The notes: generated by a model from the letters alone, not told the origin. DNA of 63,704 nucleotides, filler included, from Choristocarpus tenellus KU-1152 (GCA_964200185.2; 10 parts of 10 records of this genome joined end to end with filler, not necessarily neighbours in it), one strand, 5' to 3'. Counted from the first letter of the whole stretch, positions 1 through 13,779 are shown. Translations and numbers: made by a program.

Positions 1-254
1 AGTACAAATATATCAAATCTAGGACTTTAAGGTCATAATGGTGTTGAGGAAACCGCCGTCAAGACATATCGCCTGTAACAGTATGAAGTATATCCTGTAT
101 GACTAATATCTGAATACTGATAAACAAAAAATAACTTTATGATCTGTGGTACCCAAAGTATTGAATTATTAAGCAGAGCACCAGCAAGGTGAATGAGTTC
201 AACACTGTGGCATACTCTTGTATTAATGCAAGTTATGTCCAGGTACCTCGTATC

Positions 255-517
255 GAGCCAAAGTATCTTAGGGTTAGCGTAGGGCTGCGTCCATTTGGGG
301 ACCAAAATCCAATGTTGTGATTTTGATGTAATTTTGGCCATTGTGTTTGTTAGAAAGTGTCAATATCCTTGTTCCGGACACACCTTCTCATAACATATAC
401 ATTTTACCTACTTCGAAACACTTTGGAGTAGAAAAATGTCATTAAAAACCCCATAGGATGCCAAGCCCCAAATGGACAAACAGGGCAAAACTCGTACCCT
501 CTAAGATACTTTCACTC
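255..517 (+). mobile_element. MITE family A copy (~260 bp)
   Basis: TIRs GAGCCAAAGTATCTTAG / CCCTCTAAGATACTTTCACTC; 3-bp TSD ATC; matches many other copies in the window. Confidence 0.92.
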
Positions 518-3500
518 ATCAATACAATACCAACTTACCCATAGTTCATCCATCTCCTCCTCACATCATTGATGTTGCAGGTACAGCTGCTGACAAGAGT
601 TCCGTCTTTGTAGTCCCGTTGCAGCCTCCAAACCGGCTCCACAATGCTGGATGAGTAGATGGAGGATTGCATGGTGAGGCTTGGGCTTGGAGGTTACATC
701 AGGTGGGACAGAAGATTGGAATAGCTCACGTTGGTGACCAAGCAAGTGAATTTGTGGGAAGGTTGAGGGATTGCTTGGAGAATCATTTCCATGTCTACTG
801 TTGCACACAGGATGATGTCTCATGTTCAGAGGGTTCAACTGAACTCTCACTACCATAACTGATCCACTTGAGAAGCATGAAGTACTGAAAACCAAGCACC
901 ATTTGCTTCTACTTCTTGTCAGTAGGTGATACATCAGCAGGCAACGGAAAATTCCTCTTGAAAACACTATCTTTTCCTCTTATCAAAATACTGTACGCCC
1001 TTCGAGAAATGTAGAGTGGATTGACATTGCCGACACCAAAATGAAAAAACTTTCTCGGGTAATGAAAGACAGCACATGAAGTCAGGATGGAATAGGTAAT
1101 TTCCGTTCCAAAAAGGGGCAAAAGGGCACAAAATATTACCTGTATCATTCTCACAACGTATTACCAACCAGACCAATAGCTTTCTCAAGGTGGATAGACT
1201 ACATCGACCATAGAACATGAAAAATGCCTGCCCATGAAGAATGTGATTGCAATGTAGGACCTCTCTCACGTGACAAGGAAGAGCGTGAGAATCATGAGAA
1301 GTGTCAGGTTGGCCGTGCTAAGGCACGTCTTAACAGTGGTGCTCCCATGGGCAATGACCAGCTTGCTGCAGACTGCACAAAGAACGGAGGATAGACAAAA
1401 GATAGGGAAGGGTGAATCCAGAAGTTGGTAGTTGCCGAGATAAAATAGTGAGGGTGTGCGGTTCAAGTGATAGCCATGAAGTACTATGGGGGGAATGAGA
1501 TGAACCATTACACAGGACCCCTTTTAGGGGGTGAGCCACTGACTAGCTCAGGAGATCCCTCATTTATTCCGAGAAGACAAAGAAATCAGAACTCATTGGA
1601 AAGAAGTAGTATGACCTAATCGTATTTACCAAAACAAAGTGAGCAATACGATATGTCCTTGTAATATGTTTTGGTTTCCCCGGACATATCTGCAACATGT
1701 TAGAGAGCACGATAACGCATACATATGACACTAAACGTACATCAAGTGGTCATACTGTACTACTATTCAAAAAGGGCCCGATTGAATGCCTTCTAATACA
1801 TGTGATCTAGGTCTCTGGAAAGCGATCTTGCACTTTGTGGACGGACGTTGGATTCCACTTCTACAACCATAGCCTCCTAGTGGGATAGCTGTGTTTCAGG
1901 AGTGGGAAATTGGTGTCAGCATACTTCAAAAGTCTATATTCTCAAAAGGAGAAAAAATAGATCTCCTTCAGATAGGATAATCTATTGGAATTGTATTGTT
2001 TCATACCTCACAGTCACAGATACATACATGTACAACATAGACAGAATGCTATGGTGCAGTTTGTATACGATCTCTTGATTCCAAGTATATTTCGAAATAT
2101 TATGATCATATCGTGTTTTTTATCTCCAAAAGTATCGCCTTACTTGCTTCTCGTGAGTATTGCTTTATAGAGTAGATAGCAAAAAAGTATTTTGGTCAAC
2201 CTTTGGTCTCCTCGAGAGAGAATATACTCGCACAATGGGAAGAGGAGAGTCTTTCGACCTTCTTGAATTTCCTAACCAATTGCATTTAGTACAGAAAAAG
2301 ACAAACTTAACCAGAATCTAGACCTTTTGAAATCTTCTCCCTGACACCCTATTTCCCATGCCTGAAATGCAGCAGTCCTCTAGGAGACTATGATTGTAGA
2401 AAAGGAATACAACATCCGTCCACATGAGCATGAGATCGCCTTTCAGAGAGGTAGATCATCCATATCATAAGACACTCACCGGGGCCCCAGATACTCAATA
2501 ACACGTTCCTCTCTAATAGCTTGTCAACGTGACTCTATAATGAACTATGTATAAAAACATATATTCTTGCATCAAGAGTATTTGTGTTGAGCTCTTAAGG
2601 TGGCATGCAATCCAGGGGAATAGGGAAACGGAAGTTGACATATGGATATTTGACTTTCTTTTACTGGTCAAATCTGCGGGTGATGTTCTGTCTTTATTGC
2701 TGTAAGATAAAGGTATTACATAGAGCGTATATGGGTCGCATCTTTGCAGTTCCACCCCCAAGGTGCACACCCGAAAATGCAAGGAGTGTTGCCATTGCCA
2801 CGACCAGCTCCCTGCTGATGTTGAAGAGGTCGTCCACATTTCTGCCACGTACAGGAGTTAGTTGGAGGGGTGGAAAGAAGAAAATACAAGTTAAAGCAGA
2901 GGCTCAAAGACACAATTGACTTACACAGCGCCATAAGAATTTTTGAACATAGTACGGCCTGCACAATTAAGGAGATATATAGATGGGAACGCTTGAACTG
3001 CACCAGCCCAGTTATCTTTGTAAAAAAAGTATGTATATTTCGATGTCAATATGTCCACACCAACAAATTGGTGGGGGTTCTAAGGACAACCTCAGAAATT
3101 TGGGACAAGAGCAGTGTATGTATCTCTTGCAAACACACTTGCTCACAGCTGATAGAATGCTGTTGTTACACTACCATTTTCGTTGAGTTGATGATGTGCA
3201 TTAAATTTGAGGAGGATTTTGAGAGGCCCATCAATCAGACGACAGAAACTCCAGATGGTGAACAGCAAAATACTGGTTTAATGTGTTCTCCAGAGTACAT
3301 CCAAGCTTTAGCAACGACCTGGTCTGTATGCTTCCAGTATTCTGATCATGGCATATCTCTAGAAGAGTGGACGGTTCCAAATACCACCCACTTCAGGGTG
3401 AACAGGTCGAGAGACAAGAGGAAAGGGAGGTAGATGTAAGAGATCTCATCAAAATTATGCTTGATACTGATCAACACAAGTACGTTCGCATTATTGATAA

Positions 3501-3911
3501 CATGAAAAGAGCAACTCCCCCACTCCTTCCACGAGTGATACTACTATGTTACACACACTCTTGCCTGACCAAGGGGTACAACGATGCCAGTACCACAGCA
3601 ATGCCAATCTTTAGGCCCTGAATAATCTCAACCTGCTCCAGAGCATGCTCATCAAGTTCATCACTTGATACAAATGTATTTGACAAGAACATACAGAAAG
3701 GGAGATGAAGAAGAGAGATAAGATTAGTATTTTTTTGTCAGACAGTGCACTCTCGTTCCTGTGGAAGGGATTGGAGATCAATTTGGAAATCAGTTGGGAA
3801 CGTATAGGGGTAAGGTACACCCGAGACAGTCCTGCTGCCCCATCCTTGCAGGTATCAGCTTCCTGTGAATCACCTATATTATGTAGCTTAGGTTAGATAT
3901 AGAGGTACTCT

Positions 3912-4167
3912 GAGCTATAGCATTTTAGAGGGTAGGGCCGCGTCCGTTCAGGATCATAAATCCAATGTTGTAATTTGATGCTTATGACTATCATGTTTGT
4001 TAGGAAGTGTCAATATCCTTGCTCCGGACACACCTTTTATAGTCATACACATTTTTGGTAACTGTGTTCACATAGAAAACCGAAAGGGGGCATAAAAAAC
4101 CTTTGGGAAGCCAAGCCCTCAACAGACAAACAGGGCAAAACTCATACCCTCTTAAATATTTTCACTC
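3912..4167 (+). mobile_element. MITE family A, subfamily A2
   Basis: Same internal sequence as A with AGCATTT-type TIR variant; no clear TSD. Confidence 0.85.
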
Positions 4168-5407
4168 ACCTCACAATAGGTTGAGGGGATGGGAAGGTGT
4201 GAGGTTTCTATCAAAGAAGACATTTTGAAACAACCCTCAAACCAAGGCCGAGGTTGGATAAGGATTTTTTTTTGTGTCTATAATAATCAGAAAGGTCAAC
4301 AAATAAATCGGAGCCACAGATAAAAAAAATCTACCTGCAGAATACCATTCACGGTCCCTCATTGGATATGATGGTTTGTAGAATGATGTAAGCGGTCAAG
4401 CATTAGTCTATCATAATCCAGATCTTGATCCTCAAACTTACTGACCACGCTGTAGACATACTGAGAGGTGATAGGATAATGGAAGCAACAGGTCCCCTCT
4501 ACCAAAGATAGTCAGCTCCTACAATTGTTTACACAACTTGTGTGTGAAAAGCATCCAAATATACAAAATACACTGTGCTATAACATCTCTCGACACACTT
4601 ACTTTGGATTCACATTATTTCCCAGTCGATAACGTGTAGGTATTGCCAGGAACAAGACTCCTATGAAGAGCAGTATCAAGATATGGTTCCGTTCCTGCAA
4701 CAAAGGTCATTGACAAGAAATGATTGAATGAGCTAATATGGTGAGTGATGAGGGAGTGATCAGGCAGAGTTTATCACATATGATCAGTTTAGGGTCCCTT
4801 TGTTCTTGGCAAATACTAGTACTTCCAATTATTGAGTGATCTTGGGTGTATCCTGCGCAAACTAATGTTGGACTCAATTATTATAGATCCCACCCTCTTT
4901 ACAAGAAATATTGGAACTATTTTTATGTTGCTTAGAGCAATTATTGTGACTATTGCCTCAGTCTGACCTGTATCTGGAGGTAACCGAAAGAACAGAAAAG
5001 AAAAAAAACTAGTGCCCAAGTTTCAATGATTTGACCACGCCTTGCCATGTATACTTCTTCCAGTTGAAGGTCCCAAATGCTTCATCTTTGCCCTCGTGTG
5101 ATGGTCTCTTAAGTTTTCTGTTTGCACATTCCCTTCGCACCACCTCTAAGCCCACCCAGTTCTTACGCCAGGCAGGGTTGTGTCACAAAAAAGGTTGTGA
5201 CTACCACATCCTCTCCAATCATTTGATTCCACAGTGATGTTTCAACGCACATTACTAGAGCTAAAGAGCTCTATGATGTTTAAAAACGCGAGTATATCCC
5301 CTTGACTAAAATATGGACTCCAGAGTAATTCGTAGTAGGATCTCACTTTTCAGAATGCGCAGTGCTAAAATAACAAGATTTACATTCTTAACAATCGTAT
5401 GTACATG

Positions 5408-5467
5408 GGGTCAAAGTATCTTGGGGGGGGGGGGGGGGGGGGGGGGGTGGGGGGGGGGGCCGGGGGG
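5408..5467. mobile_element. MITE family B terminus, cut by gap
   Basis: GGGTCAAAGTATCTTG followed by poly-G running into the N-linker. Confidence 0.75.
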
Positions 5468-5567
5468 NNNNNNNNNNNNNNNNNNNNNNNNNNNNNNNNN
5501 NNNNNNNNNNNTTAATTAATTAANNNNNNNNNNNNNNNNNNNNNNNNNNNNNNNNNNNNNNNNNNNN
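5468..5567. other. Artificial contig linker N44-TTAATTAATTAA-N44 (also 10158-10257, 17798-17897, 25190-25289, 32094-32193, 38684-38783, 46429-46528, 50870-50969, 60730-60829)
   Basis: Identical 100-bp spacer with stop codons in all six frames, seen nine times. Confidence 0.98.
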
Positions 5568-5600
5568 CCCCCCCGGATGCTTTACCCTCTACAACAGGTT

Positions 5601-6046
5601 AACATGGGCAGTGAAGTGCTGTGGTGAGTGATGAGCATTGACAACAGAGGAGAGTGGTTTCTTCTGTTGGTAAATCCTAAAATGATGTCGAAAATTCCGA
5701 ATGGGTGAGATGCAATACTCGAAAGAAATGATTACTTTTGAATGAAAAAAAAACAAAGGGGATCATGTATTCCTTCTTCAACAACATATTAACACGGGCA
5801 GCGAAGTGCTGCGGGAAGTGACGAGAATTGGCTACAGAGGAGAGTGGTTCCTTCTGTTGGTGAATCCTAAAATGATGTTGAAGATTCTGAATGGGTGAGG
5901 TGCAATACTGGAAAGAAACGATTACTCGTTGGAATGAAAAAAATCGAACGGGATTGTCTATTCCCTTCCACAAAAACAGATAACGTGAGTGGTGAAGTCC
6001 TACGGGTAGTGATGAGTGTTGGCTACAGAGGAGAGTGGCTTCTTAT
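5601..6046. repeat. Diverged tandem repeat, ~190-bp unit x ~2.3
   Basis: Units start near 5601, 5791 and 5982 (AAC..GGGCAG.GAAGTGCTG...ACAGAGGAGAGTGG). Confidence 0.9.
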
Positions 6047-6254
6047 GTACAACATAAAAATGTGATCTGGGAGTTAGGGCAACGATGTTAACAAGTATGT
6101 TTGTGAGGGGGCATACGATCAGTGTACAAATAATTCACTTGGTCAACTCTTTAGTCCTCGATTCAACATTTCCTACCAAGACCGTGTTGAATCGGTCAAG
6201 GTGTATGTCAGGGATATGGTGTCATGCAAGTTAAGGAGAGGGGCGCAATGCGAT

Positions 6255-6698
6255 GATGGATGATTAGAAAGGGGCGCAATAAAGGGCAAGTAATTGGTGT
6301 GCATGTTGTTCTCAGGGAAGAACAGCACAAATGCTGTTTTTATGGTCTTCGACAATCGTAATAACCATTTCAGAATTTGGGAGGAGAGGGGGAGAGAGTG
6401 TTGCACGTGGTGGCTGACATCATCGACAATACCAGAGGTGAATATAATCTTAAATCCCAATCGTTGAAAATAACGGATGGATGGACGATTAGAAAGGGGT
6501 GCAGTAAAGGGCAAGTAATTGGTGTACATGTTCTCAGGGAAGAACAGCGCAAATGCTGTTTTTATGGTCTTCGACAATCGTAATAACCATTTCAGAATTT
6601 GGGAGGAGACGGGGAGAGAGCGGTGCACGTGGTGGCTGACATCATCGACAATACCAGAGATGCGTATAATCTTAAATCCCAATCGTTGAAAATAACGG
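6255..6698. repeat. Tandem duplication, ~220-bp unit x 2
   Basis: GATTAGAAAGGGG...TCCCAATCGTTGAAAATAACGG occurs twice at high similarity. Confidence 0.92.
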
Positions 6699-9121
6699 TG
6701 ACCTCATGATTTCGTTTGCATGCGTCAACTTCATGCGAGTCTAGGTGTTGGCGGGGCTGCAATAATAGTACGCCTATTTCTTTCACGAGTTGTATAAAGG
6801 AACATGGTCTCAAAATGTGGAGAATAATAACGTCGACCTGATAGTTTTGCAGAGGGTTTCTTGGTGCGATGGAGTGTTACATAAGAATATGTTGCATAAT
6901 GATGGATGGGTATGTGTGTGTTCTGGAGAGGAATATGATTTATGTGTGGGTGGTATTGTGCTAAAAACACCATACATTGGTTGTGGGTACCAATGGTACA
7001 GGTAGTGTTGCATACAGTAGGGTTGAGGGAAATATGATGGGTGTGTGGTTATGTTATACCCCTGCACACTGACCCTACCGCATTCAGTGGATGGGTACAT
7101 TAAGGTGTTGAATACGCCTCTGGAATATGATGTCGACATTCCGATAATGAAGGTGGGACAACATGGTCAGAGCTATTTGGAGATGAACAATTGCCCAATT
7201 CAACGGAAGGGCCAACGAAGATTGGTATATATAGTGATCGGCGGGTTTTACCTAACATGTTGTGAATGTGTGACTGAATGTGTGACTGAATGCGTTGGGG
7301 GAAAGACCAGGTGGTAAAATCCGATACAGTGCCGCGTCAAACGCGTGACGCCAACAGACCAAGGATAGATGTCCAATGATCATCCTTTCCCATACCCATG
7401 TTCCTACGTGGGTATGAGGTGCTTGTTTGAATATAAACGAATTCAGAAATAGTACATAAAAGCCTTACATTCTTAGCCTCTAAACCTTTGTAGGACAAGG
7501 AGAAATTGGCGTGGGTTCTAAGTGTGTAGGGGCATATAAGAGGAAAAATATATAGGTGAACACCAAGGGTTGAGGCTGAATGTTTGAGTTTGCGCATGAT
7601 GCCACGTGTTGCCATTGAAGCTAGGATAGGGAGGTTGATAAAAAGGCAAATCATTCCTCACGCGCGGTGGTGTCTGCTGAGAGTGGGGGATGAGATTTGT
7701 CTTATGTGTGCTTGGGTTGAGTGCTCTGGAATGACTGTGCACATTTATTCCATCAAACTCACTTCTTGTGTAGTGCTTTTGTCATCCTCAAGTCCAGCAA
7801 TTGCGACGCCTTTCCATGTTTTTCCTTTGCAGTGGGGTGGTGTGGGCTCGTTGCAAAGCAGGAAGCAGAAACCTGTAGGGGAGGAGAAGGCACGTTTTGC
7901 GCTTAGCCACTGGTCCGGATGGAGGGGTTGCCATGGGTGGGTTGATTCCCGTGTTGATGTCCATGCACCTCCTTCTCTCGTACAGAATACGGTCGGATGT
8001 TCATCCACCTCGCACTGATACAATGAGATATTTACATACGTATATCATGTAATATGCATACGGATGATGTTTTATGGTTTGGTACAAAATCTAACATAAT
8101 ATGACAATCAAGTTTCATTCCTTCATACCTTCCATGAAAATACCTGTGTCATTAAATATCGATACCAGTATTATATGGTTTTCACATTTCACAGAACACT
8201 ACTGTGTCGTTTCAAGTACATCCTAAACCCATCCCAACCACTCATTAATTTTCGGAAGATAAATGTTTGGGTAGTTGTTTGTTGGGAATATGTGAGACAC
8301 TAATTTTGTGGTATGATTGGATGCTATAGAGACATGCGCGCGCCGACGGCGTCATTGGAACTTGCCGTTATCCACCAATAGAAGAAACAGGACATATATA
8401 TACATACATGATATACACATTTGACAAAAGAGTAAGAACCACTGTCCCAACAAATATCGCTTCCGATCCTGTCTCTCAGTCGAGATTACGTTGGCTCTTT
8501 GGTCCTACACCTTCTTTATCTACGTTGGGATATATCATTCTTTCATGCAACAATCCACTTTGGAAGTATCTCAGAGGTAGTAAGACGGATGTCAGAATCC
8601 CATGTCGCAGATGGAATCACGTATCCATGTTTTTATATTATTTTATTCTCTAATACTGAGGTATCCAACTAAATCACCTTCGCCATATCCACAATACCCA
8701 CTCCAACATAACATTGAATCACTTTCTCGATTAGCGACAACTTCCTCCAACATTTTGGTTCAATAAAAGAAGAATATGGTGTCTAAATGGAATAATTGGA
8801 ACGTGATTATGTACTCGAAACTGACTGCATTCCCTCACTCCTCCCATATAATCTACCCTAACCTAAGGAATTGTTTTCATATATAGGAAGAAAAAAATGA
8901 CAAATATCACAAAGAGAAACCGTTCATTACACTCACCCCACCTCGAGCCATTTACCCCTTGAACCAGGAACAATGAGCAGCAACACAAGAAGGGTAGAAC
9001 ATCTTACCAACGTTGCATCTCTGTTCGCAGGAAGGACGAGAACCATCAAATCTCACACATGGGATGGACACTCCAGGGCCGTTAGAAGACCTTACCAACA
9101 AATGGGTTCGAGTCTCTGACT

Positions 9122-9343
9122 GGGTCAAAGTATCTGGGGGGTGCCGGCGTCCGTTTTTGACCCTGGCTTAACGTATGTAGGGGGGGTGGCAGCTGTCCAT
9201 TTGGGGTCAATTCTTTTCATGTCGCAATTTATGGGTGATTTGGTTCCATGCGTTGCATGGATAATGAAAATGCACTTTTCCTGGTTTTGGTCCAAATGGA
9301 CACTCTGGTGTAGACCCCCGCCCCCCCCCAAATACTTTGGGTC
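9122..9343. mobile_element. MITE family B copy
   Basis: TIRs GGGTCAAAGTATCTGGGGGG / CCCCCCAAATACTTTGGGTC; 4-bp TSD GACT. Confidence 0.92.
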
Positions 9344-10092
9344 GACTCCCAAAGCACACATCCCAGGATAAGAAGTTTGCGCCATTGGCAAGGGCGCTGC
9401 GAGAGATAATGTCCGAGGAGATGCGTGAATCTGCAACCGACAATAAATATCACCACAGAAAGAATTCGTCGCGTCCCCCTTCTAGTGTTGGTCTTATATA
9501 TGGCGCTCCTCCTTGTACCCTATATATATGGACATAATAACCAAGAATCGCACATTCGCCTCTCCTGGATAAGACGCTTTTTCGATATTGATATGACATT
9601 CTACACTCCACAAAGGACATAATTTACAGAACTCTAAAATTATACAAACACGAATGTAATACACCTGTAAACAACTCCTCCCCTCACATACCCTAACTAC
9701 ATAGAACGTACAAATACTCTCCCTTCACACCCCTCACAGATTGGCGAGGCCCCCCAAGGTCGATTGACAAACAGATATTGCTTATCGCTGCATATGACAA
9801 ACACTAAATCCCTACCTCAATTAACCTCAATCCTACTTGACCAAGGCGATAAAACCACAAGAGATTGAACCAACACAAACCACACTTCGCCTCAAACCAA
9901 CACCCAAAACACCCCACCCCAGAAATCGACCCCCAAGAAGGCTACTTTTGCAACATCTAAGCGCTAAGTACATACGCTAGATGAAGGCACTATGCAATAT
10001 TCCACTGAAAAAAGACAAACCCTCCATGATTAAAGACACTCAAATATGCCTTTTTCCCAACACTTTCATAACTTTTTCCAACATTATACGAG

Positions 10093-10149
10093 GGCCCATT
10101 TGGACGCCCCAGTGCAGACCCCCCCCCCCCCCCTACATGCTTTGGCCCT
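10093..10149. mobile_element. B-like TIR end attached to non-B sequence (possible end of a larger element)
   Basis: TTTGGACGCCCCAGTGCAGACC(n)TACATGCTTTGGCCC resembles the B terminus, but the upstream sequence differs from B internal sequence. Confidence 0.5.
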
Positions 10150-11726
10150 CCATGCAGNNNNNNNNNNNNNNNNNNNNNNNNNNNNNNNNNNNNNNNNNNN
10201 NTTAATTAATTAANNNNNNNNNNNNNNNNNNNNNNNNNNNNNNNNNNNNNNNNNNNNCCCCCCCTATCCCCCCCTCGAAGAATCAATCATGACTGCCTGC
10301 TGCATTGATCTGTTGGTTTACTCTACGAATAACAATAGAGCTCTACTGCATGCCTCGTACAATGATATTGGGTGTCCTGAGGTATCTACTCTGGAAATCC
10401 CGTTTAATGCTCTACCCACTAGCCGTTCCAGCAGTCTGTGGCCAATTGAGTGCCTTCTCCATCTCAGCTAGATATTGCCCTGGCTGCACCAAATCCCCAT
10501 CCCCTCCTTTGTCACCCTGTGGTGTTGGTGTTGTTGGTGAGACCAAGGGTTCCTTGTCACTCTCCTGGTGGGTTTCTTTTTCTCCTGATGGTGTTGATAA
10601 AACCGGACAACCTTCTTTTGTCCATGAGGTCAGGGCCAAGAGGAGGATGCCAGGAGAAAGTGCAGCGGGGTGGATTTGAAGTTGATTGAGAGAGGGTTCC
10701 CTACTCTTTGGAAAATTGCACCGAAACAATTAAGCTTACTTGCACAAGGCAATTGCCATCATCTGTGTGATACGTCCTGACACGAAATTCCTGTACTATC
10801 CTGGAACAACATGAATTGTGGAGTAGGAACATTACCACCACAAACATAACATTAGTTACACTTGATGAAGTGAGCGTATCTCCCTCAGTACAACTTTGAC
10901 TCAACTTTTTTACTGACCCCCTCTGGACATCCAACACAAAAATTTTCAGCATTCAGTGTCATCTAATCGGTAAGAACACAGAATTCTAGGCCAAATCAGA
11001 GGGGGCTGATGATGTGGGATTCGATGAGTAATGCGAAAATGGACATGGGGTCAAAGAAGTTCTTGTGGTCTCTGGGGAGAAGATAACTCGGATGGTTGGG
11101 AAAATATAAAACCTCATAACAGACTTGCATATTGTAAGTCATCTATTTTTAGCTTCAGGGCCTTTTTCAATTTTTGGGTACTTTCCCTCTTTGACTGGGT
11201 CACTTGGACATATTTTCGAAGTGTTGCTCCTCCCAGCAAAGATTATGACCATATACCTCAGTTAACATACTGTTGTAGGGTCAGTGCAGGACACAACATA
11301 AGTATGCTCCTGTACACAACCTGAAAACCACCCTGCAGCACCAATCATCACACCCCATTCTCTGACTTTGTCGAAGCTCTCATTCGACTGAGTACAATAG
11401 AAAATGAGTCACTCCCCCACTCAAGCTCTTCTGTAAAAAGGTGTAGAGGCAAATAAGGAATTTCAACCCTGGCTTGCATTTTGTCTTTCCAGTTGATTGT
11501 GGGGTTCACAAATGGCAATCCTTGTGGGAGCTAGCCATTACCTGAAGATATATTGTCTGCTAAACATGGTAAAGGCCATAAATTGTTCTATTATTATACT
11601 ACCTCCTTGCCATAAGTCTGTGCCGCATTGTCCATAACTTTTGAAGATGATGAAATCCAATTCTGAAAGGAGATTTAGAATCCTTTACGAATTTGTGGTT
11701 AGGGTCAGCTCTTTTTATTATTATCG

Positions 11727-13330
11727 CTATCTACTGTCCCCATCCATCGCAATTTTATCAGCCACAGAAAAAGCCTCCATATCTACCTTCGGTGTGTTTT
11801 CAAGGTCACCAGACAACTGCCTCTTTCTTACCCCTGCGTGCTCCACAATGAAGTCATTTCCCCTTTTGTATCTAAGTACTTGATTGTACACCACAAAAAG
11901 GAGCTGCCAAGCCCTCTTAAGTGTGACTTCATCATACTCCTCATACTGTTTCTTAATGACCTTCACCATGTCCTCGATGGACCCAAACCACTCCCCCATC
12001 ACCCGGCATTTCAAAAACCTGAAGAAACACAGGTCCATGATATTGAGGTCGGGGGAGTTAGATGGCTGTGTCATGGGACTAATCGACCACCCCTCAGTCT
12101 TTCTTGCCCCTGACAAGATTTCTGAGCTGCCCTTGGAGCCAAAGTATCTTAGAGGCTAGAGCCGCGTCCATTTGGGACCAAAATTCAATGTTGTGATTTC
12201 GATGCTTTTTGGCTATCGTTTTTGTTAGGAAGTGTCAATATCCATCTTCCAGACACATCTTTTCATAACGTATACATTTTACCTAATCCTAAACATTTTG
12301 GAGTAGAAAAATGTAAAAAAAGAACCCCATGGGAAGCCAAGCCCCAAATGGACAAACAGGGCAAAACTCATACCCTCTAAGATACTTTCACTCTTCCCAG
12401 TGTGGGGGGTGGCACCGTCTTGCTGAACGACAACATGCTTCCCCTGCAACCAAGGAATCTTGGTCTTGATTGCAGGCATTAACTCCTCCGTGTACCACTT
12501 CCTGTACTACAAATGGTCTAAAGTACAGTCCTACTCATACACATCGCCCTTTTTATGGTCCTTGCTTGTCCTGTGTGCTGTTCTTGGTGCACACACACGC
12601 CAAACACCAAACTTTCCATCAAAGCTGTGAGCCGAATCTGGGCGGGCATTAGCTGAAAATGATCATGGTTTTGGGGATATGACTCTTGTGCTGCACAGTA
12701 GGGGAGGACCCTGGAAGGTCGCTATCGTCCTCATGTGAAAATATCCTAAACCTTTCCCCATCAGCCATCAAATAGAACCGGGATTCAACCACGTGGGTCG
12801 TGTTTGCCATGGAGGTGTACATACCACGTTTTCGGTCTACTTGATTGCATACAAAGTCCATTCTCCATATCTTTTGCCACAATTTAAGCTTGGGTTTGAT
12901 CCAGTGGCGATTCGGCATGGCCCCCATGTCATCCACCCTCCTGTTTATGGTACTTGTGGTATAATTCAGCCCCTTGACAGCCATCTTCATTGTCACCTGA
13001 CACACTGTGGATTACCGATTATCGGAATTGATACTATGTATTGCGGCCATCTTGGTCGGTGTGAGCTCCAAAGGCCGCCCACTACGTGCCGCCACCCCTA
13101 GGTCAAGTGTGTGACCCACGGGCAAGCTGATTGGCGACATCCTCCCAGAGCCTTCGCAGGTAATGCTCAGACGCTCAAAACTCCGCTGTGAGGGCCGGCC
13201 CAAATTGTCACGGCAGTTCATGTTCACCAGGGATAATCGCGAGGGCATGCCACACTGCAAGCGCAACCCTGGTATTCAGGGACACTGGGGAACCCTTCCT
13301 ACACAGGGGGGTCGAAGGGGGGGTTGCCAT
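11727..13330 (-). pseudogene. Mariner transposase pseudogene (DD39D-clade-like, DD40D spacing)
   Basis: Motifs IKPKL, THVVESRFYL (degenerate VHxDEKWF), VQHKSHIPKxM, VVQQDGATPH, QPSNSPDLNIMDLCFF; stops, frameshifts and a MITE insertion. Confidence 0.9.
12136..12393 (+). mobile_element. MITE family A inserted in the mariner catalytic domain
   Basis: Full TIRs; 3-bp TSD TTG/TTC; removing it restores ...PHTG|KGSSEIL... Confidence 0.93.
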
Positions 13331-13779
13331 GCCAACGTTCTGACCCTTGACATGCCCAGTTCTGGCCTCAAAATCACCCCAAAAGACCAATAATTTGACG
13401 GCTTGAAGCACCTCGAGTTTGTACCTGATGATCCTCGACCCCCATCTTTTCTGAAAGCTGAGATTGTCAACCTGATTTCATTCTGTGAAGTTATCGTCTG
13501 ATTTGGCGCCGTTCTCACTCGGCGAGCCCAGATGTTTCGCGGCACAAACTTATGGCACAGAGGTAGTACATACGCCAAAAAAATACTCAATGGCGATGTC
13601 CTACACCTATCACAGGCATGATTTTTTTTTTTTTCTGCTTCCAGGTTGTAGTCGGTTCTGTTCAATGTGAGCCAGGAAATAACTTAACCACTTTGAATCG
13701 CAGCTGATCTATGTATGTATGTTTGTACTACTACTCTTGTAGTACATAGTATGTATCAACCCTTGATATGTGTGTGTGT

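Larger units (their letters stand above)
11599..13566 (-). mobile_element. Full-length plant-type mariner (Tc1/mariner) transposon, decayed
   Basis: 28-bp TIRs CTACCTCCTTGCCATAAGTCTGTGCCGC / GCGGCACAAACTTATGGCACAGAGGTAG, TA on both flanks, transposase remnants inside. Confidence 0.93.

Noticed and set aside
5512-5523. TTAATTAATTAA as a biological motif or piggyBac site
   Set aside because: Always centred in an N-run; it is an assembly linker.
5601-6698. Tandem arrays as CRISPR or a repeat-protein gene (169-aa ORF 6173-6682)
   Set aside because: Units are 190-220 bp with no unique spacers and no cas genes; the ORF merely mirrors the DNA duplication.
7380-7840. EHGYGKG and HCKGKTW (minus strand) as transposase HGKG motifs
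   Set aside because: Spacing is wrong and supporting motifs are absent.
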